Positions 18,792 to 27,905 of a stretch of 64,000 bases of DNA are shown here, in pieces. Position numbers and translations under genes: made by a program. The notes below the pieces were generated by a model. It saw only the letters and a program-made list of their open reading frames with translations, was not told the origin of the DNA and made no database searches. Source of the DNA: Planctomycetota bacterium (lineage in GTDB: Bacteria; Planctomycetota; UBA8108; UBA1146; JAJFFE01). Location: the NCBI GenBank assembly GCA_039028735.1, contig JBCCHQ010000008.1, forward strand, positions 6,955 through 70,954. The letters are read 5' to 3'. The stretch's first letter is position 1. Each line of letters starts with the position of its first letter.

Positions 18792-20042
18792 CTAGTCCTC
18801 GGCCAGCAACTCTTCAATGATGCCTTCGAACTCTCGACGCAGGGCGTCGTACGCAGCACCTGTGGCCGGGCCCGTGAAGCCTGTGTGTATGGCGCGAATC
18901 CGACCGTCGGAGTGCAAGAACACCGTGGTTGGGTACGAACGTACCCGATCCAAGGCTCGCAACGCCTCGGTAGCCGCGGCCTTGTCCGACGGGCCGGCGA
19001 TCAGGACCGGGTACGGCGTGTCGTGACGCTCGATATAGCGCTGTACGATCGCGACGTTCCGGGCGAAGTCATCGGTAACTTCGAATGCGAGGCCAACGAT
19101 CGACAGGCCACGTGAGGAATACCGGCGGTGCAACTCGCCAAGGTACAACGCGGCGTCGTGGCAGTTTGGACACCACGACCCGAAGATCTGCAGCACCCGC
19201 GCCTTCCCGGCGAACTTTGGATCCGCCAGCGACGTCGGGTGTCCCGCGAGATCGGGAAACGACAGATCCGACAAAGCAACGGCCTCGCTCCAGGACGTCT
19301 GCCCGAAAGCATCCGGCAACTCCACGGCAGCGTCGCGCTCAGCTGTCCACGTCTCGTGCCAGACGTCTCGTGACCAGAAGTCGCCGGACAAAGTACCGTC
19401 TTCGTTGGCGATCGCCTTGAACAAGAACGCGTGGGCGCCATCAAAGCATGAGAGCCGCAACGTGCCGTCCTCGACCTGACCCGCAAGGAAGCGATAGTCG
19501 CCTGTGGTGGTCATGAAAGTCCCCTCGACCGCACCGGAGTCATCGACGGAGAAGATGCCCACCGCTGGATCGTCGTTGCTCGAGAACCGCACGCGCCAGC
19601 GGCCGGTGAAGCGATCCGCGGCAGCAGTCCGGGCTCGCGCTGGGGCCTCGGCTCGATCTTCATGGGTGGCTGCAAAGGGCAGCTGTGCCCACTGGGCTTC
19701 GCCAATCCGCTTCTTCCAGCTGCCCGTGAGCCGACCGGCGCCGTCCATGCGCGCAACGATCCGGGCATCGTAGTGCGGCAAGTCGAACACGACCGTCGCC
19801 GCGGCCACCGTCGTTGCTGGGACTACGATCCGTTCGCTGCCATTCCACAGCGCGCTGGAACCGTCGGCATTGATATCGAGTCCAAACTCCAATGGCCCGC
19901 CTGGGGACACTAGGTGAGCTTGCCATCGCCCGGCGCGCAGCAGCAGCGGGTGTGGGGCGGATGGGTCAGCGTCACGGTCAGGTGCCCAAGAGGCACACCC
20001 CCACAGCATGACGAGAAGCAACAACAACAAGGTCCACTGCAT
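18792..20042 (-). CDS. Exported two-domain protein with C-terminal TlpA/ResA-like thioredoxin-fold (WCPNCH CxxC)
   Basis: Signal peptide MQWTLLLLLLVMLWGCASWA. The N-terminal region is internally duplicated (GRWQAHL.../GRWRVRF...). The thioredoxin motif is FGSWCPNCHDAALYLGEL. Confidence 0.8.
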   Translation of the reverse strand: MQWTLLLLLLVMLWGCASWAPDRDADPSAPHPLLLRAGRWQAHLVSPGGPLEFGLDINADGSSALWNGSERIVVPATTVAAATVVFDLPHYDARIVARMDGAGRLTGSWKKRIGEAQWAQLPFAATHEDRAEAPARARTAAADRFTGRWRVRFSSNDDPAVGIFSVDDSGAVEGTFMTTTGDYRFLAGQVEDGTLRLSCFDGAHAFLFKAIANEDGTLSGDFWSRDVWHETWTAERDAAVELPDAFGQTSWSEAVALSDLSFPDLAGHPTSLADPKFAGKARVLQIFGSWCPNCHDAALYLGELHRRYSSRGLSIVGLAFEVTDDFARNVAIVQRYIERHDTPYPVLIAGPSDKAAATEALRALDRVRSYPTTVFLHSDGRIRAIHTGFTGPATGAAYDALRREFEGIIEELLAED

Positions 20043-20225
20043 CTTCGGTTCTCTCTCCGGCGGCGGCTAAGAAGTAATCAATGTAGCACGGTCCACGTCG
20101 ATCCACTCACTTCCGCCCAAATCCGCTGTCGCGAACGAAGGCTGCTGCGAAGAGTTGCGGTGAATTCTCGAAAAAATGTGTGTGTTCCGGGCCAGTTCGA
20201 GACACTCCCCCCTGAAGGAGCTGCC

Positions 20226-20750
20226 TTGGAGCTGAGAGAACTAGTTGAAGCTTTCCGCGGGCCGTTGACCGGCCTCCTCGCTTCTTGGGGATCCCCCTGG
20301 TACGACGCCGAGGAGCTCGCGCAGGAGAGCCTTGCCGATGCCTGGCTCCTTCGGGAGCGCTGCCGCGCAGACCTCACGGATCAAGAGGAGTTCGGCAAGT
20401 GGCTGCGCGGGATCGCTCGCAATCGCTACCGCAACTGGGCACGCGCCCGTCGCAACCGCGCCCGGATCTTGCCGCTGGGCGACCGTGACGTCGCCGATCC
20501 CAAAGCTGGTGGCGACAGCTCGGCTTCGCATGACGCATTGCGTCGAGCGATCCAACGCCTTCCGAAGAAGCTACGGCAAGTTGTTGTCATGCACTATCTC
20601 GATGAGGCCAGCCTGGAAGCCGTCGCTGGGCTCTTGGGATTGTCGAAACGGGCCGTCGAAGGTCGGCTCTATCGCGCGCGGCGCGAACTCAAGAGTCACC
20701 TCAGTGCCGAAGCCCCTACCAGACCCAAAGGAGGTCGAGTATGCCTGTAG
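20226..20750 (+). CDS. ECF (sigma-70 family, group IV) RNA polymerase sigma factor
   Basis: Region 2 (AQESLADAWLL...) and region 4 (VVMHYLDEASLEAVAGLLGLSKRAVEGRLYRARREL). The proposed start is TTG 20226 with GAAGGAG 5 nt upstream; the longer ORF from 19914 would overlap the opposite-strand thioredoxin gene. Confidence 0.75.
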   Translation: MELRELVEAFRGPLTGLLASWGSPWYDAEELAQESLADAWLLRERCRADLTDQEEFGKWLRGIARNRYRNWARARRNRARILPLGDRDVADPKAGGDSSASHDALRRAIQRLPKKLRQVVVMHYLDEASLEAVAGLLGLSKRAVEGRLYRARRELKSHLSAEAPTRPKGGRVCL

Positions 20751-22489
20751 ACGAAAACCCCTCGAACCTCATCGCAGAGAGCGACCTCCGTGCTGCGTTG
20801 CGACCGCACCGTTGCGACCCCGACGACTTCCTGGCAGGGGTCGAGTCGAAAGTACAGGGCGCATCGGAGCACTCGACCGGCGCGACACTCCCGCCGTTCG
20901 CGCAGAGCGCCGCCTCGTTCCTCCCGCTACCGCTACTGACTACGGGTAAGCTGACCGCCGGGACCGCCGCCAAGTCGAGCGTCCCGGTGCTCCACAAGAT
21001 TGCCTTGTGGCTAGCTCTACCCGCAACAGTAGTCTTCTTGCTCCTCGGTGCCGCCGTGTTCGGGGTGCTGGGATTGCGCAACCGCGCAGCTGGAGAGCCG
21101 GTGCCAGAAGACGCGACGCGCGACGCAGTCGTCGCTTGGGCAGGACGCCATCGCCTGCTGGGCTGGCTCGGATTGGTCATCGTGTTCGTGCTGCCGTTCT
21201 TCCTTTCGGCGGCTAGTTACTTCCTGGCACTTCTGCTGTCAGTCGGGGCACTCGTCTACATCACCCGCAGCCTGGCGGCAGCTGGGATCGGCAATCGCGC
21301 CGTCGTGGCCTCTTGGTGCACAGTCGGCCTCATGTTCGTTGCGGTGTCGCGCTTGCAGATGGTGCAGTTTCAGCCTGGATGGGGCATCGCGGATCCGCGC
21401 TGGATCTCGATCGTTACTCTGGTGGGCGCCTGCGTCATGCTGCTGATTGCGCGCAGCTCTGGGGGCTACGTCGTGCCACGCCGCGAACGCCTCGGCAACT
21501 CGTGGGTCGGAATGCTGCTACTCCTCACTGTCATGGCACTGCCGGTTTCATCACTCGTGGTCGACTGGTCGCGCGGACCACACACAGTGAAGGCTTTCGT
21601 CGAGAGCTTCGACGAGGCACCCTTTCGCAGTGCTTCGTGGCGTTGGTGGGGTTACTCAGCGCAGTGGTGCCAAGCTACTGGTGCCGAGCCTGACTTGGCA
21701 ATTCCGCAACAACTCCTCGAGCGCTCTGGCGGGCGCGACGATTCGTACATTGCTGCGATCGCCACGCGTGCCGGTCTGCAAGACCCCACTGCCGCAAAGC
21801 AGTTCCTGAGTTCGACCACGGCGCAGAGGGAGCTCGCGCAACTGTTGGACTCCAATCGCACAACGCCGATTCGCTGGATGGAGCAGCGTGAGTACCTCCT
21901 GCGCTGTTGGCACGAGTACGGTGACGCCGCCCCTGCGCAGATCGATCAAGTCGTTGCGCGACTGAACGCCACGTGGCAGGCCGAGGAAGCGTTGCGTCCG
22001 CTACTGCGTTGTGCCGAGCTGCTTGCCCTATTCGGAGCGGATTTGAACACGACCCAGTATCGCGCCAAGGCACACGAGGTACTCCGCAACTGTTGGGTGC
22101 CCGAGGGGCGCTTCGGGAACGCCGGAGGGTTCAACAACTATCCCGACCTCGAGCACTCGAACCTCGATACAACGGTTGAAGCGATCCAGCTCATGCAACG
22201 CGTCGGCATTCCGGAAGCGATCCCGACAGACCGGGTACGCGATTATCTGCACGGGCAAGCCGCGCTGTACTTGCCACTCTCGGTCACGCCAGAGACCGAC
22301 GTCAGCGCGCTCGTAGCGCTCGACATGCTACAGCAACTGCGCGACTTCCCGCCGACGTCGACCATCGACCGTCTCGTCGCGGCCCGAGGGCTGTTGGCAG
22401 CGGTGCTTCTGGTGCTGCTTTGTCTGTACGCAGCCGCGAGTTCCCCCGCTTTTTCGCAGCCCAGCTATGCACCCGGGCGCACTCAGTAG
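20741..22489 (+). CDS. Polytopic membrane protein translationally coupled to ECF sigma (candidate anti-sigma/sensor) with prenyltransferase/alpha-alpha-toroid-like C-terminal region
   Basis: ATG 20741 overlaps the sigma stop (ATGCCTGTAG), with AAAGGAGG 6 nt upstream. There are ≥5 hydrophobic helices. A GRFGNAGGFNNYPDLEHSNLDTTVEAIQLM prenyltransferase-like repeat and a C-terminal TM helix are present. Confidence 0.65.
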   Translation: MPVDENPSNLIAESDLRAALRPHRCDPDDFLAGVESKVQGASEHSTGATLPPFAQSAASFLPLPLLTTGKLTAGTAAKSSVPVLHKIALWLALPATVVFLLLGAAVFGVLGLRNRAAGEPVPEDATRDAVVAWAGRHRLLGWLGLVIVFVLPFFLSAASYFLALLLSVGALVYITRSLAAAGIGNRAVVASWCTVGLMFVAVSRLQMVQFQPGWGIADPRWISIVTLVGACVMLLIARSSGGYVVPRRERLGNSWVGMLLLLTVMALPVSSLVVDWSRGPHTVKAFVESFDEAPFRSASWRWWGYSAQWCQATGAEPDLAIPQQLLERSGGRDDSYIAAIATRAGLQDPTAAKQFLSSTTAQRELAQLLDSNRTTPIRWMEQREYLLRCWHEYGDAAPAQIDQVVARLNATWQAEEALRPLLRCAELLALFGADLNTTQYRAKAHEVLRNCWVPEGRFGNAGGFNNYPDLEHSNLDTTVEAIQLMQRVGIPEAIPTDRVRDYLHGQAALYLPLSVTPETDVSALVALDMLQQLRDFPPTSTIDRLVAARGLLAAVLLVLLCLYAAASSPAFSQPSYAPGRTQ

Positions 22490-22740
22490 CACCGGTACGG
22501 TTCAGGCGTTAGCTATTGTCTCAGAAGGCGTTGGGACACTCGACGTGAACCAGCTCTGAGCCCGCTGCCCGCTAACGACACCGCGGTCAGCGGCGAATCA
22601 ACCAGTTCGCGTGGCGCCGCCACGGCTCGTTGGATAGAGTCGCTCTCGGGTCGAAATCCTGCAGAGCGATTCTGCAAAACTCGAGGTTCCTGGGGTCCCC
22701 CAGCAGAGAGCGCTGTGCATCACGCACAGTAGGAGATGTC

Positions 22741-23598
22741 ATGTTCAAGTTGTCTTGTGCGCTCACAGCGGTGGCAGCGATGTCGCTCCTTGCAGCACCC
22801 TGCTACTCGCAAGGGGCCAGCGCTTCGTTCGCCTTTCCTGACCGCGAAGTGCCAGTGACCGGCACGTTCTTCTGCGACCTGGCGATTACCAACGATACGG
22901 ACCTTCAGGGGTTTCAGACATCGATCACTTGGGATCACACACAACTCGAGTTCCTGAGTGTGACCGGGATCGGCACGGATGCGGAAGCCGCCCTGTTCGC
23001 CGTCAATCCCAGCTTGATGCTTGGTTGTGAACCGTACGAGTTCTTCCTACCTGTTACCGTAGGCCCGATCGCGGCGACCAATCGATCGCGGCAACTGACA
23101 GGAGTCGTCTTCGACTTCGTGCCACCGTTCGGTAGCGTGGTGCTGGCGCCGGGTACCGACATGACCGCTTTGCGCTTCCGTTTCGAGTCGATCGGCGGCG
23201 CCCTGGGCGCAACGACCGACTTGCTGTTCGACACTGCACCTGGAGACAATTCTGTCATCGTACAGGGTTTGTCGATCATCGTCGGGCTCGATGACGCGAC
23301 GCTGACGTTCTCAGAACCGTTCCTGCGCGGCGACACCGATGGCGACGGCACCGTGAATCTCGTCGACGCGATCTTGGTGTTGAATTACTTGTTCAACAAC
23401 GGCGTGGCTCCGACCTGTCTCAACGCCGCCGACGCCAACGACGACGCGACTACGGGTATGATCAACACGGCCGACGCGGTCTACATACTCAGCTATCTCT
23501 TCAACGCAGGGGCCACGCCGCCGGCGCCTTTTGGTAGCTGCGGGGCGGACCCAACCCCGAGCCCGCTCAGCTGCGGCGGGCCAACGGCATGCCCGTAG
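22741..23598 (+). CDS. Secreted protein with N-terminal cohesin-like module and C-terminal dockerin-like module
   Basis: AGGAG lies 5 nt before ATG 22741. Signal peptide is MFKLSCALTAVAAMSLLAAPCYSQG. A cohesin-like core reads VPVTGTFFCDLAITNDTDLQGFQTSITWDHTQLEFLSVTG. The dockerin-like tail is 23320..23595 (FLRGDTDGDGTVNLVD...DAADANDD...CGADPTPSPLSCGGPTACP). Confidence 0.75.
   Translation: MFKLSCALTAVAAMSLLAAPCYSQGASASFAFPDREVPVTGTFFCDLAITNDTDLQGFQTSITWDHTQLEFLSVTGIGTDAEAALFAVNPSLMLGCEPYEFFLPVTVGPIAATNRSRQLTGVVFDFVPPFGSVVLAPGTDMTALRFRFESIGGALGATTDLLFDTAPGDNSVIVQGLSIIVGLDDATLTFSEPFLRGDTDGDGTVNLVDAILVLNYLFNNGVAPTCLNAADANDDATTGMINTADAVYILSYLFNAGATPPAPFGSCGADPTPSPLSCGGPTACP
22816..23319 (+). other. 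Cohesin-like module (type-I cohesin signature G-x-x-x-x-I-x-[YW]-D-x-x-x-LE-[FI]-[LI]-x-V-x-G)
   Basis: The segment GFQTSITWDHTQLEFLSVTGIG aligns with the clostridial cohesin motif GIANCDFVYSYDPNVLEIIEIEPG. Confidence 0.5.
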
Positions 23599-23619
23599 CC
23601 AAGGCTCGTCAGAACGGCG

Positions 23620-24681
23620 TTACGGACAAACCGGCGCGCAGCCGCTGGTCGGCTGGCAGTTCATACCGAGAACGTGCGGGGGTCCCGCGCTGAACGACCA
23701 GGCGATCAGATGAACGGCGTCAACGAGGTCGACAGAGTTGTCGCCATTCGCATCGAGAAGCATCAGGTTGTTGCCCTCGTTTGCAGAGGCCGAGTCGCAT
23801 GGCAACACCTGCTGTGTTACGCCAAACAGATAATCCAATAGCGAAACAGCATCGCTCAACCCAACAGCGCCGTCGGTGTCGAAGTCGCCCGGAAGAAAGT
23901 CGCCGCCGCGCGTGCCAACGATCTTCAGCAGCGACTGCTGCTGGCTACCAATCGCTGCTCTCGTTTGGAGGCAGATCGTCGCAGTGAAGTTGTCGGCATC
24001 GTGAAAAATCACTTCGCCGACAGTATCGCGCGGGTGGTTCGTGACGGTGCCTGCGTACGTAGCGTAGCTCGGAAGCCAGCCGGTGACGGTGTTGTTGATC
24101 ACTCGAATTCCGACATGATCGTTCGCGAAGAACAAGCCCTCGAAGAAGATACCATTGGGACGAGCAAGACGGAGCTTGTTGCCAGTAATCGTCAGGGTGA
24201 CCGTCTCATTGAACGTCGCGTTGACGGCACCGCTCTGCGGGTTGAGTCCTTGGGTCACGGCATCGTAGTCACCGCTGCGTGCGACGTCACCTGGAATCGC
24301 TGCGCTCGGCAGCTGCGTCGGGAAATTGACAGTAGTCCCTGGGCACCGAGTGCAGTTGTACAGGTAGCCGGCGCCATTGCCGACTTGCGTCGAGAATGCG
24401 TCGGGCCCCGTGAAGCTACCCGGAAACTGACCAGAGATCAGAATCGCACCACCCGGCCCGATCGTCCCGTTCCAGCCAAAGCCAAAGAAATCTCGCAACT
24501 CGTACTGATTGCCGGACACGTGGAGCACCGAGAACCACTCGGTGAATGTCGTTGGATTGCCACCTTGGGTGTTTTGCATATAGTACATGCCACGCGGGTT
24601 GATTTGCGCCGTGGCCGGCGGAGCTCCCACTAGCAGAAAGCAGCCCAGCAGGGCACCTATCGTCCAACTTCGCCGTTGCAT
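23620..24681 (-). CDS. Secreted protein of unknown N-terminal fold with C-terminal dockerin-like module
   Basis: Start at the ATG giving MQRRSWTIGALLGCFLLVGAPPATAQ, with GAGGAG 7 nt upstream. The dockerin-like tail is 23623..23898 (FLPGDFDTDGAVGLSD...DANGDNSVDLVD...CQPTSGCAPVCP). Confidence 0.75.
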   Translation of the reverse strand: MQRRSWTIGALLGCFLLVGAPPATAQINPRGMYYMQNTQGGNPTTFTEWFSVLHVSGNQYELRDFFGFGWNGTIGPGGAILISGQFPGSFTGPDAFSTQVGNGAGYLYNCTRCPGTTVNFPTQLPSAAIPGDVARSGDYDAVTQGLNPQSGAVNATFNETVTLTITGNKLRLARPNGIFFEGLFFANDHVGIRVINNTVTGWLPSYATYAGTVTNHPRDTVGEVIFHDADNFTATICLQTRAAIGSQQQSLLKIVGTRGGDFLPGDFDTDGAVGLSDAVSLLDYLFGVTQQVLPCDSASANEGNNLMLLDANGDNSVDLVDAVHLIAWSFSAGPPHVLGMNCQPTSGCAPVCP

Positions 24682-24946
24682 CGCGTATCTCCTCGTTCGT
24701 CGCTCGTATTGGCGCTCGTTTTCCAGACCTAGCCAGGCACCAAACATAGCAATTCGGAGGGCGTACCAACAATGGCAGTTGCACGCAACTTCATGCGTGG
24801 AATGATTCAAACACAGGAAAATGGGCCAGCGGCGTCGTAGAAAGCGGACAGGCTTTGCCCGCGGTCCACGGCGCAACGGACACTCTGTCGAGAGCGATCC
24901 AACCAACACGGCGCGATCAACGCGCCGCGAGAGGACCTATCACCGT

Positions 24947-27811
24947 ATGAACCGTCAATTCACGGCACGAGCGATCGGGTGCGGGTTGGCACTGACCTTC
25001 ATGTATCTTGCGCTACCGGCGGCAACTTACGCCAACAACGCTGCGCTGCAGAGGCTGCAGGAGGCCTACCCAGGAGTACGCGTCCTGAGACTCGAGGACC
25101 GCATGGCGATCTACGGTAAGCCCATGACTCGCGCGGCGACGCCCGACGCGGCCGCGGCGGCGTGGTTGGCCAACCACTCGCAGACCTTCGGTGTACCGGG
25201 ATTGGATCTACGTTTGCGCCGCAGCTACGATCTCCTCGGCAACGGTCTGGTCGTCTATCACTACGAGCAATGGATCGGCACGACGGCCGTCGAGTACGGC
25301 GCCGCTCGCATCGCCGTGCGCCCTGGCCCAGACGCGGCCGCCGTCGTCTACGCCGCAGCAACGTTGGCGGAGATCCACGACGAAGCGCTGGCACCTATCC
25401 GTATCAGCAGTGACCAAGCCTCGGCAATCGTCGCAAAGCATCGCTTCTTCGGCAATCTCGAGGAGTACTCGACACCGCAACTGTCGATCATCAAAAGCTC
25501 ACCGGTCCTCGACTCGGAAGGCGCACCGCTGCCGCGCCGTACTTGGCGCCTGACGGGCAGCGACTCGTCACTGACGCAGCCTCGCGCGTTCACGTTTCAC
25601 ATCGACGCGGAAACAGGCGCTCTCCTCGAGGCTCGGTCTGAGATTCACAATCTCGATGTCTCTGGCACGGTGAGTGGCTTGGCAAGCCCCGGCGACCGTC
25701 CAGACACCGCGGCGAACCCTCCGGTCAGCGTGCCGTTGGCGTCTGCCGAAGTGGCCATCGGCGCCACGACTGCAATCAGCGATGCCGCGGGTGCGTTCAC
25801 TGTACCGTTCGGCGGCACCGGCGCAGTGAACGTCGACGGCGTGCTGCGCGGCCCTTGGGTCGAGGTCCTCACGCAACAAGGTACGCCCGTCACGACAACG
25901 CTACTGGCGACACCACCGGGACCTGCGAACCTACTTCTCAACGACACACCATCGGAGTTCACGACGGCACAGGTCAACGCATTCGTGCACGTCAATCAAG
26001 CGCATGACTTCTTCGCGCAACGGGCGCCAACTTTCACCGACATCGATATTCCCCTTCCTTGCACCGTCAACGTGCCTGGCAGCTGCAACGCATCGTTCTC
26101 GAGCCTTTCGATTTCGCTGAGCTTCTTCGCCGCAGGAGGTGGTTGCGAGAACTCATCGTTCTCTGACATCGTCCAACACGAGTACGGTCATTTCGTTGTC
26201 AACCGCATTGGCCTGGCCCAAGGCGCCTTCGGGGAAGGCTTCGGCGACACGCTGTCGTTGATCTTCGCCGACGACGCGCAGCTGGCTGAGGATTTCGGTG
26301 GCCCTGGAACGGTGGGTCGAGACATCACCGGAGACAACGTCCAGTACCCGTGTCCCAGCACCGCAATTCACTTCTGCGGGGAGCTCCTCGCAGGTTGCTG
26401 GTGGGACCTCCGCGTCGCGTTGGGTGCCAGCTTGGGTAGCGCAGCCGGGCGTGACCTCGCGCAACAGTTGTTTGCGGACTGGAGCCAGCTCACCTTGGGT
26501 GGCAGCGGTTTCAACAGTGCGCACCCGATGACTGCCATCGAGTACATGATGGTTGACGACGACGACGGCAACATCGACAACGGCACCCCTCACCGCGACG
26601 ACATCTGTCTCGCATTCTCGAATCACAGCATCGACTGCCCAATCCTCCCACCCATCCTGTTCGAGTTCCCACTGGGCCTCCCGACGATGGTCAGCCCGGC
26701 AGCCACGACGACCGTTCAGGTCAGCATCGTCGAAACCACCGGAACATTGGTGCCTGGATCCGAGCGCGTTTGGTGGTCGTTGGACGGCTTCAACTTCACC
26801 GAAGGACAGCTGACCGCCCTGGGCTCGGGACTCTACGAGGGCACGCTGCCGGCAGCGATGCAGTGTGGCCGCTACCGCTACTACTTCTCGGCTGACTTGC
26901 TCGGTGGCGGGACCGAGTTGTCCGCGCCACAGCTCCCCCACTCGTTGACGGTCGCAGATGGGTTCACGGAGCTGCTGTTCGATGACATGGAAACCGACCC
27001 CGGGTGGACGGTTGGTGCGCCGACCGACACCGCGACCACCGGAATATGGACGCGCGACGATCCCATCGGCACAACTGCGCAGCCTGAGAACGACCACACC
27101 CCGACGGGCACGCTGTGCTGGTTCACTGGCCAGGGAACGCCCGGCGGCGCTCAAGGCGAGAATGACGTCGATGGCGGCCCCACCACGCTGGTCTCACCCA
27201 GTATCGATGCAACCCAAGGCGAGACGCGCATACAGTTCTATCTCATGTATGCAAACTCTACCGGCAACGCACCGAGCTCGGACGTGTTCCAGATCGAGAT
27301 CTCCAACTCTGGCGTGTTGGGTCAGTGGATACCCGCGCTCACGCTGGGCCCCGATGTCTTCTCGTTGCTTGGAGTTTGGCAGCTGTACGAACTTTGGGTC
27401 TCCGACTACGTCACACCGACGAATACGGTCCACGTTCGCTTTCGAGCCCGCGACGATGCTCCCGGATCCATCGTCGAGGCTGCACTCGATGACCTTCGCG
27501 TGGAAGTGGTCTTCTGCGACTCGACCCCATCGTTTCGTCGCGGTGACTGTAACGACGACGGCGGGGTGCAGATCGCGGACGCAGTGTTCTTGCTGTCGGG
27601 TCTGTTCGGCGGAGTAGGACTGACACCGCCATGTGCAGATGCCTGTGACGGCAACGATGACGGCAACCTCGACATCGCTGACGCTGTCTTGATTCTTGCT
27701 GCGTTGTTCTCAGGTGGTGGCCCATTGCCTGATCCAGGTATGGACAACTGTGGTGCTGACGCGACAACTGGCGACACTCTACTCGAGTGCGCGGGAGCTA
27801 CCTGCCTCTGA
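24947..27811 (+). CDS. Secreted zinc metalloprotease (HExxH: VQHEYGHFV) with C-terminal dockerin-like module
   Basis: ATG 24947 gives the signal peptide MNRQFTARAIGCGLALTFMYLALPAATYA. The HEYGH motif is at ~nt 26180. The dockerin-like tail is 27533..27808 (FRRGDCNDDGGVQIAD...DGNDDGNLDIAD...CGADATTGDTLLECAGATCL). Confidence 0.8.
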   Translation: MNRQFTARAIGCGLALTFMYLALPAATYANNAALQRLQEAYPGVRVLRLEDRMAIYGKPMTRAATPDAAAAAWLANHSQTFGVPGLDLRLRRSYDLLGNGLVVYHYEQWIGTTAVEYGAARIAVRPGPDAAAVVYAAATLAEIHDEALAPIRISSDQASAIVAKHRFFGNLEEYSTPQLSIIKSSPVLDSEGAPLPRRTWRLTGSDSSLTQPRAFTFHIDAETGALLEARSEIHNLDVSGTVSGLASPGDRPDTAANPPVSVPLASAEVAIGATTAISDAAGAFTVPFGGTGAVNVDGVLRGPWVEVLTQQGTPVTTTLLATPPGPANLLLNDTPSEFTTAQVNAFVHVNQAHDFFAQRAPTFTDIDIPLPCTVNVPGSCNASFSSLSISLSFFAAGGGCENSSFSDIVQHEYGHFVVNRIGLAQGAFGEGFGDTLSLIFADDAQLAEDFGGPGTVGRDITGDNVQYPCPSTAIHFCGELLAGCWWDLRVALGASLGSAAGRDLAQQLFADWSQLTLGGSGFNSAHPMTAIEYMMVDDDDGNIDNGTPHRDDICLAFSNHSIDCPILPPILFEFPLGLPTMVSPAATTTVQVSIVETTGTLVPGSERVWWSLDGFNFTEGQLTALGSGLYEGTLPAAMQCGRYRYYFSADLLGGGTELSAPQLPHSLTVADGFTELLFDDMETDPGWTVGAPTDTATTGIWTRDDPIGTTAQPENDHTPTGTLCWFTGQGTPGGAQGENDVDGGPTTLVSPSIDATQGETRIQFYLMYANSTGNAPSSDVFQIEISNSGVLGQWIPALTLGPDVFSLLGVWQLYELWVSDYVTPTNTVHVRFRARDDAPGSIVEAALDDLRVEVVFCDSTPSFRRGDCNDDGGVQIADAVFLLSGLFGGVGLTPPCADACDGNDDGNLDIADAVLILAALFSGGGPLPDPGMDNCGADATTGDTLLECAGATCL

Positions 27812-27843
27812 GCCCGGTACGTCGAAAACGGCCGCCCAAAGAC

Positions 27844-27890
27844 AACGCCCCGCTCCGCGCAATCGCACGGAACGGGGCGTTTCTGTTTTC
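27844..27890. terminator. Bidirectional intrinsic terminator between convergent genes 24947..27811 and 27906..28769
   Basis: Stem AACGCCCCG/CGGGGCGTT (27844-27852 / 27873-27881) followed by TCTGTTTTC, with an A-rich stretch upstream. Confidence 0.6.
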
Positions 27891-27905
27891 GTACAGGATG
27901 TGGGA

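Noticed and set aside
19914-20225. Long N-terminal extension of the ECF sigma ORF (start 19914)
   Set aside because: It would overlap the opposite-strand thioredoxin gene by >100 nt and adds Arg/Gln-rich sequence with no sigma homology. TTG 20226 with GAAGGAG 5 nt upstream fits better.
22657-22680. CTGCAGAG 8-mer shared upstream of 22741 and 44637 genes as a regulatory motif
   Set aside because: With ~2 occurrences of any given 8-mer expected by chance in 128 kb of both strands, three occurrences are not significant. Only the palindromic context was kept as a low-interest finding.
24821-24946. Upstream ATG start (24821) for the protease-dockerin gene
   Set aside because: It adds an Arg-rich 42-aa extension before a clear signal peptide that begins at ATG 24947. 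The promoter/IR elements lie in this stretch.
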